From IMG/VR virus record IMGVR_UViG_638341087_000007: a DNA stretch of 36,906 nucleotides; one strand, written 5' to 3'. Below are positions 1 to 7,876 of this stretch, piece after piece. The notes under the pieces are model-generated. The model saw only the letters and a program-made list of their open reading frames with translations. It was not told the DNA's origin and did no database searches. The DNA is from a virus (Duplodnaviria; Heunggongvirae; Uroviricota; Caudoviricetes). How positions within the stretch are numbered: position 1 is the first letter of the stretch; every line of letters starts with the position of its first letter. Both the position numbers and the translations under genes were made by a program.

Positions 1-188
1 AGAACGGCGACTGATGCTACAGTGGTGGGCCGATTTTCTGGATGCAAACAGAGAAAGATTTATCAGTCCATTTGAATATGCAAAGATTAATAATCCATTA
101 AAACAGTAATCATCCCGGGCAAATGCCCGGGAACCTACTCCAGGATTATTTTCTTTGTTAAAAAAACAGACAAAACGGTATTAACTTC

Positions 189-1743
189 GTAAGCGTACAG
201 CGAGGGCCGTATTGACGGGGATGTGTTATTCAGCTGGCAGTGCTATGCGCCACGGAAGCAGTTCGCTGACCCGGTTGACCGGCCAGTCTGCTATGACGCC
301 AAGCACATGGCGAAGGTAGCTTTCTGGATCCACGTCATTCAGTTTGCACATCCCGATCAGGCTGTACAGTAGCGCTCCCCGCTCACCACCATGGTCAGAG
401 CCGAAGAACAGGAAGTTTTTACGACCCAGACTGACCGCCCGCAGGGCATTTTCAGCGATGTTGTTGTCGATTTCCACCCAGCCATCGTTCGCATAGTACG
501 TCAGTGCCGGCCACTGGTTAAGTGCGTACGCGAACGCCTTCGCCAACTCTGAGTGTCGCGACAGGGTCTTCATCTTTTCACGCAACCAGCTTTCCAGGGA
601 TTTCAACAGCGGTTTCGTTTTTCGCTGACGTTCAGCAAGCCGCTGCTCTGCCGGCATTCCCCTTATATCCGCCTCTATGGCGTACAACTGACCGATCTGC
701 TCCAGGGCTTCTTCCGTCAGTGCTGACGGGATGCGGACGTGCACATCGTGGCTCTTTCGGCGGGCATGAGCCCAGCAGGCAGCTTCCGTTATCCCACCAT
801 TGCGATACAGCTCGTTGAACCCGGCGTACGCATCCGCTTGCAGCACACCGCTGAAGCAGGCAAGATGAGTCTGCGGATGGATGCCTTTTCTGTCCGGGCT
901 GTAAGCGAACCACACTGCAGGTGCCAACGCTGACCCTGTATTGCGGTCATCACGAACATACGCCCACAACCGCCCGGTCTTCGTCTTCTTATTACCCGGC
1001 AGCAGTACCTGGACCGGGGTATCATCGGCATGGAGTTTGCCGTCAGTCATGACATAGCCATGAAGCGCCTCTTCCAGCGGAGACAGCAGCCGGCAGCATG
1101 CATCCACCCAGCCCGACAGCAGTGAACGCCTCAGCTCCACACCTTGCCGGCCGTATATTTCTGACTGGCGATACAGCGGGGTGTGCTCTGCATACTTCGA
1201 GGTCAGCACGCGGGCCAGCAGTCCCGGTCCGGCGATACCCCGCTCGATGGGCCGCGAAGGTGCAGGTGCCTGCACGATGGCATCGCACTGAGTACAGGCA
1301 TGTTTTTCCCGTACCGTCCGGATAACCCGGAAGGCGCTACGCATCAACTCCAGCTGTTCGGCGGTATCCTCGCCCAGATAGCTCAGTGAACCGCCGCAGT
1401 TCGGGCAGCACGGCGCCGCAGGCAACAGTCGCTTTTCGTCACGGGGTAGTGATTCAGGGAACGGCTTACGGGTGCGGGTCTGACGCAACGGACGCTGTAC
1501 TGCCGGGTCATACACCCTACCAGTCAGCGTATCGCTCTCTTTCTGAAGCCGGTTCAGATCGGCTTCCATTTGTGCGATACGGCGGGAGACTTTTTCGGAA
1601 CGACTGCCGAAGTTCATCCGGCGGAGTTTATCCAGCTGCGCCTGCAGATGGTCTATTTCGCGCTCCCGGTTGCTCAGCTTTTCCTGCAGGGCGTGGATCA
1701 GCGCTTCCTGTTCGGCCAGGCGCTGTTTCAGCAGGAAGATTGA
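189..1743 (-). mobile_element. IS66-family insertion sequence remnant (right end plus tnpC), interrupted by the prophage left end
   Basis: Terminal GTAAGCG at 189-195, which I recall as the typical IS66-family IR start; TnpC-like frame stays open on the minus strand up to about 1743 with no start codon. Confidence 0.7.
226..1617 (-). pseudogene. IS66-family transposase TnpC, 5'-truncated
   Basis: 463-aa ORF with IS66 TnpC-like sequence (leucine-zipper region, CxxC zinc motif, DDE-like core). In-frame coding continues upstream of the annotated Met to 1743 ([21 protein letters not shown]...) without an initiator, so the N-terminus is missing. Confidence 0.8.
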
Positions 1744-1937
1744 TCAGACATGAGATAAATGAAGGGGGATCTGTGAGATAAATAACGAATTGGAGTGGGT
1801 TAACATGGGTTCTGGTGAACAGAACTGAAATTCTTTTCCGCTATACGATAGATAAGTCGGGCATTGAAATCATCCTTCCTGGCAACTTAGAATCGAGTTT
1901 GCTGAAACATGACCCGCAACAAAAAGGATGATTCCAA

Positions 1938-2099
1938 TGACTACTCAAAACAATAAGCATGATAGCCTGGATTACTCAGAAAAGCCCAAAAGCAAGCACA
2001 TCGTGACGTTCGAGCGCGATTCCGGTAGAAAAGGAGAATCGTCTTCCTCTGCCAATAAAACCACTATGCCGGCAGCCCCTGCCCCAGGGAAAAAATAAA
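1938..2099 (+). CDS. small hypothetical protein (53 aa, Lys-rich), low confidence
   Basis: ORF MTTQNNKHDSLDYSEKPKSKHIVTFERDSGRKGESSSSANKTTMPAAPAPGKK with AAGGA about 10 nt upstream; not in the ORF track because under 60 aa. Confidence 0.2.
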
Positions 2100-2101
2100 C
2101 A

Positions 2102-2734
2102 TCATTCATCGTTCGTTGCACGAACGCGCCTGATCTCCACTCTGGCAATCTGATCTGCTGGAATATAGGTTGCCAGAGCTCCCCAGTACTTATCAACCAC
2201 GCCTTTATACTCTTCCCATTCGTTACTGCCTGAAGGGCTGCTGTGCGTGACGTAAAGAACCATATCGCCTTTATTCCCCAGGGTAAACGGACCGTTAGGC
2301 CACTCTTCAAAGTTCCCTGGCAGCCGTGACATCATACCGGAACCATCGCGAAGAATCACTCTGACCTCGGTAACGCTGAAGCCTGTTTGATCAAACATTG
2401 CCTGCCATGCTGAGCTGGTATCGTCAGACCATGAAATATCATTATTCCACAGTAATCTGTACATCCATTTGCGACCGTACCTGCGCCACCACGCACCGCA
2501 TGTAACGGCACACAGAAGTGCTGGTGGTGTTGCCAGCCAGGCATTCAGACCTGCCCACATAACAGCCTGGTAAGCCATCATTGCTGTCAGGCCAAAAATC
2601 AGCGAAGAAAAAGTCACCTCAATGGGCTTGTGGTGATCCTTCAGTCCCACATTCGCAATAAAATACCCAATATAGCCACTGGTCAGGGTCACCAGTGTTG
2701 CCCATGGCAGATTTAACAACGAAACGTCAAACAT
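2102..2734 (-). CDS. membrane protein, 3 predicted TM helices plus soluble C-terminal domain; function unknown
   Basis: ORF 2102..2812; likely start is the internal Met (MFDVSLL...) at 2734 preceded by AGGGAG. Three hydrophobic helices then a roughly 110-aa hydrophilic domain. Sits just after the early-operon terminator. Confidence 0.6.
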   Translation of the reverse strand: MFDVSLLNLPWATLVTLTSGYIGYFIANVGLKDHHKPIEVTFSSLIFGLTAMMAYQAVMWAGLNAWLATPPALLCAVTCGAWWRRYGRKWMYRLLWNNDISWSDDTSSAWQAMFDQTGFSVTEVRVILRDGSGMMSRLPGNFEEWPNGPFTLGNKGDMVLYVTHSSPSGSNEWEEYKGVVDKYWGALATYIPADQIARVEIRRVRATNDE

Positions 2735-2772
2735 ATTTTCTCCCTGCATCCTGAATACTAAAGAGAGAGCAT

Positions 2773-2807
2773 AAAAAAAGCACGGTAAGGGGTCTACCGT
2801 GCTTTTA
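2773..2807 (-). terminator. rho-independent terminator after mor
   Basis: Perfect 9-bp stem AGCACGGTA/TACCGTGCT with 7-nt loop, flanked by an A6 run on plus strand, which is a U7 run on the minus-strand transcript. Confidence 0.65.
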
Positions 2808-2848
2808 TACAATAAGGAGATTTTTGAAAGGACTTTAACAAGCAGGAA

Positions 2849-3247
2849 TTATCTGGATTTGTTAACGTCTTTCGTCTCCTCTGGCAGATCTTCATCAAAC
2901 AACCTGCCCTGCATCCGATCCAGTTCTTCTTTTCTGACCCGCTTAACCACGCTGTAGACCCACTGAAGCGAAACACCAAACTTGCGGGCCAGTTCGTGGT
3001 GGTTGCGTCCGTTAAACTCCCTGAAGATTTCCCGGTCGCGCTGACTGACCTTCCATACCATGCCCATCGGGAAATAAACGTTTTGCCCGCCCCAGACCTG
3101 CATCATTCGGTTCGCGACGGCCTGACCAATCTGGTCGGCAATTGCGGGCTCAATATCAATAATCTCGCGAACGGTCTCAGAGGTATGCTGTGCCAGCTCC
3201 ACCAGGAGTTCCGGCCCTTTACTTCGAAACTGATTCAGGTCGCTCAT
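2849..3247 (-). CDS. mor: Mor/C-family transcriptional activator
   Basis: 132 aa; C-terminal HTH region (...REFNGRNHHELARKFGVSLQWVYSVVKRVRK) resembles Mu Mor as I recall it; position downstream of GemA. Confidence 0.7.
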   Translation of the reverse strand: MSDLNQFRSKGPELLVELAQHTSETVREIIDIEPAIADQIGQAVANRMMQVWGGQNVYFPMGMVWKVSQRDREIFREFNGRNHHELARKFGVSLQWVYSVVKRVRKEELDRMQGRLFDEDLPEETKDVNKSR

Positions 3248-3671
3248 GTTTTACTCCCGCAGCTCTGTGCTGCCACTTCTTCAGTTTCTCAATAACACTG
3301 CTTGCCTGTTCAGTATTGAGCCAGCGCAGGGCGCTGATGCCCGTTTCCCGCTTGATCCACCGCGCTAATGCATTTTCTGAACGGTCACGAACAATGCCGG
3401 CAGCAGCCATTTCAAGCCATAGCGCACGGATTTTCCTGGACTGCGGATGGTTATCCAGCGGTAAACCGGAGCTGGCTTTTCCGGCAGGCTTAACGCGAAA
3501 GCCTTTCCTTTTCATGGATTCCAGCACGCAGTTTAGTTGTGTGGTATCCATTCCTTTGGTTGAGGCTTTACCGGTCAGCCCCTGTAACATCTGGCGGTAG
3601 GTGTCTTCATCCATACCCAGTTCATTACGGGCAATATGAATGAGCTGGATAAGACGTTGTTTAGTCATCAT
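3219..3671 (-). CDS. GemA/gp16-like protein (DUF1018 family)
   Basis: N-terminal TKQRLIQLIHIARNELGMDEDTYRQ is characteristic of Mu gp16/GemA-like proteins; start taken at internal Met, overlaps mor as in Mu. Confidence 0.65.
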   Translation of the reverse strand: MMTKQRLIQLIHIARNELGMDEDTYRQMLQGLTGKASTKGMDTTQLNCVLESMKRKGFRVKPAGKASSGLPLDNHPQSRKIRALWLEMAAAGIVRDRSENALARWIKRETGISALRWLNTEQASSVIEKLKKWQHRAAGVKHERPESVSK

Positions 3672-3876
3672 CGTTGCTCCTTTTACCTGCGCCACCGATA
3701 TAATCGACATATAAAGGAAGCGCCACAGGCCAGCACAGGAACATCACCGACCAGCTAATCCAGTAGCCGGCACCACTGTAACGTGAATAAAACCCTGAAC
3801 GGCGGTGCAGTTCAGCAGTACACCAACCGACAAAACAATACCAGAACAGGGCACATACAACAGATTCAGCAGTCAT
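3661..3876 (-). CDS. small membrane protein (71 aa)
   Basis: Hydrophobic ORF starting at internal Met of the 3661..4032 track ORF; overlaps the 3' end of the upstream gene by 11 nt. Confidence 0.4.
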   Translation of the reverse strand: MTAESVVCALFWYCFVGWCTAELHRRSGFYSRYSGAGYWISWSVMFLCWPVALPLYVDYIGGAGKRSNDDD

Positions 3877-4096
3877 TCTGAATATCCCCCCAACTGATAT
3901 GAATATTACGGGCAGCAATGACAGGGTCGTTATTCCACCATGCACCTGACATGTATTTTTCAACCTGTTCGCGTCCGGCAATAACACCAATTGTGATCCC
4001 CGGCCTGACGTTCTTAAAAAAGGCGCGGGCAAAAAGGTATCTGGCAGATATTCGGCAGGCTTTTAATTTCCGGCTGTTACCTGATAGCGTAATCAT
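3866..4096 (-). CDS. hypothetical protein (76 aa)
   Basis: ATGA stop/start overlap with the upstream gene at 4093-4096 and GGAGG RBS; translational coupling supports a real gene. Confidence 0.5.
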   Translation of the reverse strand: MITLSGNSRKLKACRISARYLFARAFFKNVRPGITIGVIAGREQVEKYMSGAWWNNDPVIAARNIHISWGDIQNDC

Positions 4097-4776
4097 CTGG
4101 CCTCCAGTTTCTGTTGTTCCTGCCCACTGACCGGGCGGTGCAGTCTGACGTTCTGCCCTTCACGAAACCCCGCATAGCGCGAGGCGTCGCCATTGCGGCT
4201 TCTTCCCGGTTGACGCGCCCTGGTGGTTTGCGTTTGCGGGTATTTATGTTCCAGCCACTGTTGCATCAGTTCACGCTCATCATCGGTCAGGGCAAAGGAC
4301 TGTATTTTACTGATAACGGCCAGTACCCAGCCTTCAGCAAACTGGTCTCCACGGCTGGTACGGGTGGCGTTTTTTATTCTTTTGTTCTGTGCGCTGATAT
4401 ACTGCTGACGCGCCTTTTTCAGCTGGCGGACCAGCACTTCCCAGGTGTACGCAGCCAGTGCCGCTCGTTCCCGGTTACCGTAGAACCCCACAGACGGATG
4501 CGTGCCGGGGTGAATGATGGAGTTAACACCAAATGCCTCGCGGATGATGTTCATCAGGCCCAGCATGTAGCGCGGTGGACGGAGACTGCCTGTCGGCCAG
4601 TAATGACTGATGGTTTCATCAATATCACTCATAGCAATGTCGGAATGTGTGATGCCGTGAACATCCATCAGTTTACGGGCTCGGCGCAGTGCCAGAGCGG
4701 CCTCGTGCGGGTTGCCGGATGCGGCCAGCGCCAGCAACTTTTTCAGTTTCTCAATGTGTTTATTCTGGTCTGTCAT
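4093..4776 (-). CDS. DUF2786-like phage protein
   Basis: N-terminal IEKLKKLLALAASGNPHEAALALRRARKLM motif typical of DUF2786 proteins; start at 4776 forms an ATGA overlap with the upstream gene stop. Confidence 0.5.
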   Translation of the reverse strand: MTDQNKHIEKLKKLLALAASGNPHEAALALRRARKLMDVHGITHSDIAMSDIDETISHYWPTGSLRPPRYMLGLMNIIREAFGVNSIIHPGTHPSVGFYGNRERAALAAYTWEVLVRQLKKARQQYISAQNKRIKNATRTSRGDQFAEGWVLAVISKIQSFALTDDERELMQQWLEHKYPQTQTTRARQPGRSRNGDASRYAGFREGQNVRLHRPVSGQEQQKLEAR

Positions 4777-4988
4777 TGTTCTGTATCTCCGGTATTTTTC
4801 TGCCGTTTCCATGCCCGGACAGCGTCGGACAGCTCTTTCAGGCTGTATGCTGCTTTAAGCTTTTCCCATAACCACTGTGTTGTTATGTGCATCAGCAGGG
4901 CAGCCAGGGCTGCCCCCGCACTGAGGCATGTCGCCAGGCCAGTAAGAATCAGTATCCATGCGGTGATTTCCCTGAGTATGTCAGCCAT
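4773..4988 (-). CDS. small membrane protein (71 aa)
   Basis: ORF with one clear TM segment (ITAWILILTGLATCLSAGAALAALL). Confidence 0.4.
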   Translation of the reverse strand: MADILREITAWILILTGLATCLSAGAALAALLMHITTQWLWEKLKAAYSLKELSDAVRAWKRQKNTGDTEQ

Positions 4989-5002
4989 TGAATGCCTCCC
5001 GG

Positions 5003-5299
5003 TTACTCGTTCGTGTAAATCACGCCCAGTCGTGCAGCCAGACGTTCCAGTTTTTTCTGTTTGTGGAAGTCAATCAGCCGGTCCATCCCCTGAAGGCGCA
5101 ATTGCTCTGTCATGATTTCCACGTCTGCCAGCTCTGCCGCGAGGTCGCTTTCGCTGCCCTGTCCGTTCAGATTGCGGGCAGCACTGGCCGCCAGTTCAGC
5201 GGCCTCTTCTGTCAGTTTCAGGGCCTGTGCGTCCGGCCCGAAACGCTGCAGGGCCAGACGGTAGAGGGCGGTGCGGGTGAGTATGGTGTTCCGTGTCAT
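5003..5299 (-). CDS. MazG-like nucleotide pyrophosphohydrolase domain protein (putative)
   Basis: 98 aa with EEAAEL ... ELADVEIM ... KQKKLERL spacing that resembles the EExxE / ExxD metal-binding motifs of small MazG-like proteins. Confidence 0.45.
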   Translation of the reverse strand: MTRNTILTRTALYRLALQRFGPDAQALKLTEEAAELAASAARNLNGQGSESDLAAELADVEIMTEQLRLQGMDRLIDFHKQKKLERLAARLGVIYTNE

Positions 5300-5308
5300 G
5301 CCGCGCCC

Positions 5309-5581
5309 TCAGTGCTTCCGGTCAACAATGATGTGCAGGTCGCCTTCTGCAGTGATTTCCATCCGGTACGGCACCTCGTGCTCTGCCGCGTGGGTGAGTG
5401 TGTTCACTAGTATCTGCAGGGCGGCCTCCTTTCCGTTAGTCGCCACAATGGCCTGCGTGGCCATGCTGATTAACGCCGTCAGGGCGCACATGATATCGGT
5501 GAGGTCACGGCATTCACACTCGTTGAGATACCGTTCAACAAGGGCGCGGGTGCGCTGATGTGCTTCCTGTGGGGTAATCAT
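5309..5581 (-). CDS. hypothetical protein (90 aa)
   Basis: ORF in the early operon with tight spacing to neighbours. Confidence 0.4.
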   Translation of the reverse strand: MITPQEAHQRTRALVERYLNECECRDLTDIMCALTALISMATQAIVATNGKEAALQILVNTLTHAAEHEVPYRMEITAEGDLHIIVDRKH

Positions 5582-5772
5582 TGCGCTTCCTCCCTGTCAG
5601 GGCGGGAGAATTCCATAACGGGCACATCTGCCGAAAAATGCTGACTGCAGTACGGACAGACCAGGGTGACGCGTACTGCAGGTACGTGGTATTTACCGGA
5701 CATCACGGCGATGGCGCTGTGAAAACGCAGGGCTGTTATATCCCTCTCGCACTGAATACATTTAAATATCAT
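5578..5772 (-). CDS. hypothetical zinc-ribbon-like protein (64 aa)
   Basis: CxxC ... CxxC cysteine pairs (CIQC, CPYC); AGGAGA RBS; ATGA overlap with the downstream gene. Confidence 0.45.
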   Translation of the reverse strand: MIFKCIQCERDITALRFHSAIAVMSGKYHVPAVRVTLVCPYCSQHFSADVPVMEFSRPDREEAQ

Positions 5773-5869
5773 AATTTAATTCTCCTCTGTTTCCGGCGTG
5801 CAGAAGCCCACGGCGCTGACGCCGGAATAAAAAAGAAAATGTTTTTATTAAATAATTAACGTGGTGTGT

Positions 5870-6400
5870 TTACTGCACATCCTGCTCAAAAGGAATTATT
5901 GAAAAATCCTCAATATCACTTTTTATGGTAATGCCGGGAATATTTTTCACGGCCTCTTTTTCATTCAGAATGGCATCTTTATTTATTTCCTCTTTTACAC
6001 GAATAAAGCGCTCAAGCCCCAGACGTCTCAGTAGTTCAATAACATTATCCGCTCCACGGATACTGACTGATGGCGGACGGTTTCGCCATTGCACCTCGCC
6101 GGTGGTGAGGTTAGCGAACTTCACCTTCCCGTTGCCGGTCAGTTCATCACGGTGTGCCTCACACCATGTCTGGATACCGGACTGCAGTTCTGACATGCGT
6201 TTTTTCAGGCTCTCGGTGAGCGGGGCATAACGTGCGGTGATATCGCCAATGGCGTCATTCATTTCTGTTTCAGCCCTGACCAGTTCACGTTGTGCGTCAC
6301 CGAGCAGTCTGATGCCCTCAATGACCTCTTCGCGTGTCCCCGGTACCCAGAGTGCCGCTGCGGACTTGATACGTTTTGCCCCTTTTGTACTTTTTGCCAT
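5870..6400 (-). CDS. gam: Gam-like host-nuclease inhibitor (Ku-like DNA-end binding protein)
   Basis: 176 aa; close match along the whole length to Mu Gam as I recall it (KRIKSAAA..., ETEMNDAI..., RPPSVSIRG..., GIEDFSIIPFEQ). Confidence 0.88.
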   Translation of the reverse strand: MAKSTKGAKRIKSAAALWVPGTREEVIEGIRLLGDAQRELVRAETEMNDAIGDITARYAPLTESLKKRMSELQSGIQTWCEAHRDELTGNGKVKFANLTTGEVQWRNRPPSVSIRGADNVIELLRRLGLERFIRVKEEINKDAILNEKEAVKNIPGITIKSDIEDFSIIPFEQDVQ

Positions 6401-6427
6401 ATTTTATGATTTCTCCGGTTGTGCTGA

Positions 6428-6697
6428 TTACCACAAAGATTCCGGCCACACGACGCGACAGCCGTGCAGTTCGAAAACGCCCTGACGGAAATGTCCCCTG
6501 TGGTCATGACCGGTATACAGATAACTGGCTTTCCCCTGTTCAAGCATGCGCATGCAATGCGCACTCCGGGAAACGCGGATGACAGGTTTATTGCCCCTGA
6601 TGGTGATGCTTTGTACATCCGTGTTCGTTGCCATAAGCGCCATAATGGCTGACTGCACTTTGCTGATTTGCTGGTTGATACCTGTGATGGATTTCAT
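6428..6697 (-). CDS. hypothetical protein (89 aa), positional analogue of Mu kil
   Basis: ORF immediately downstream of B; no recognisable motif. Confidence 0.4.
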   Translation of the reverse strand: MKSITGINQQISKVQSAIMALMATNTDVQSITIRGNKPVIRVSRSAHCMRMLEQGKASYLYTGHDHRGHFRQGVFELHGCRVVWPESLW

Positions 6698-6699
6698 TA

Positions 6700-7866
6700 T
6701 TAAACCCCTTTGACAACGTCAGCGTTGACCTGTGGAACCCCGATTTCAGCGGCCAGATTCATGGCGGCTATCACCAGGTTACTGACGGCCAGCGGATACA
6801 GCAGGCTGACCCTGTTTTTACGATGACTTCCCGGATTGCTCAGGCGGGCACGTATGGCATCCACTGCGCCGGCGTCCATAATGTCCGTCAGTTGTTTACC
6901 GGCCCGTTGCAGTTTGAACGTCAGAAACTCTTCAAGGTTATTGTCGAGAGGCAGAAGTTCGACCACCTCACAGCGCTGAACGACTTCACGGACTTCCATA
7001 TTGCGTTCAGACAGTTTTGTCGCCAGTTCCGGCTGGCCAATCAGCACGATGGACAGCAGTTTTTTGAAACCGGACTCCAGCTCAAAAAAGCGTTTGAGGT
7101 GTTTCAGTGTCGGAACGGGCAGACTGTGGGCTTCCTCAATCACCAGAACGTGGCTGAACCCCGCCTGGCGGCTGTCTTTCAGGACGCGATGCAGCTGGCG
7201 AAAGCGGGCGTCCTGACTGCGTCTGATGCTTTCCAGTGGTGCGATGGTACTGATAATGGCTTCGGCAATCGCTGCTGCCTTCAGGGTTTTCCCTTTCACA
7301 TCGTTGTCTTCCATGGCGATGACGTATGGCTCGATAATAATTACCGGCGCATTCTCGCGGTTGATACGTTCAGTCAGGTCACGGCGCAGCGTGGATTTAC
7401 CCGCACCGGACTCACCGATGACAGCCATAAACCCGCCATGACGGGCTGTCTGGTACAGCGCCTCACGCACGTAGCGAATGTCCGGGGTGGTGAACACATC
7501 ATCAGAACCCTGCATGGCTTCGTCGGCGAACGGGTCACGGAAAAGACCAAACGCTTTTTTGGTTGCTGGAAATAACACCTGTTTTTTGAGTAACATATTC
7601 TCTTCCTCACTGAGGCTCGTTTTATCTGTGGTACCCGCTGTACGGGGCGTGGCCGCGCCCTGTACAGCATCAAAACTCTTCGCTGTATCAATCCCCTGAC
7701 TTTCCAGCCAGGACGCAAGACGCCGGCGCACTTCTCCGGGGCTGGTGCGGGGCCACGCGTTATGATTCACAATCTGGGCCAGCGTGGCCTCAGAAACATC
7801 GACAGCTCTCGCCACCACCGCCTGTGGAATACGGGCCTCTTTCAGTTGCTGCTTCAGTACCAGCAT
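6700..7866 (-). CDS. Mu B-like AAA+ ATPase, transposition target-DNA activator
   Basis: Walker A GESGAGKST, Walker B VLVIEEAH; N-terminal HTH; start chosen at the Met preceded by AAGGAGG (7866) rather than 7893. Confidence 0.8.
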   Translation of the reverse strand: MLVLKQQLKEARIPQAVVARAVDVSEATLAQIVNHNAWPRTSPGEVRRRLASWLESQGIDTAKSFDAVQGAATPRTAGTTDKTSLSEEENMLLKKQVLFPATKKAFGLFRDPFADEAMQGSDDVFTTPDIRYVREALYQTARHGGFMAVIGESGAGKSTLRRDLTERINRENAPVIIIEPYVIAMEDNDVKGKTLKAAAIAEAIISTIAPLESIRRSQDARFRQLHRVLKDSRQAGFSHVLVIEEAHSLPVPTLKHLKRFFELESGFKKLLSIVLIGQPELATKLSERNMEVREVVQRCEVVELLPLDNNLEEFLTFKLQRAGKQLTDIMDAGAVDAIRARLSNPGSHRKNRVSLLYPLAVSNLVIAAMNLAAEIGVPQVNADVVKGV

Positions 7867-7876
7867 GTTTCCCTCC

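Noticed and set aside
119-140. Short palindrome CCCGGGC-AAAT-GCCCGGG as a terminator
   Set aside because: No adjacent U-tract on either strand and it lies outside any gene context I can see; too weak to call.
226-1617. Intact IS66 transposase
   Set aside because: The homologous frame continues upstream without a start codon and ends at the prophage junction, so the gene is truncated and called a pseudogene.
4114-5115. 333-aa plus-strand ORF
   Set aside because: Antisense to several tightly packed minus-strand early genes, with no RBS or recognisable motif; a shadow ORF in GC-rich DNA.
6823-7575. 250-aa plus-strand ORF
   Set aside because: Lies entirely antisense within the B ATPase gene, whose Walker motifs identify the real frame.
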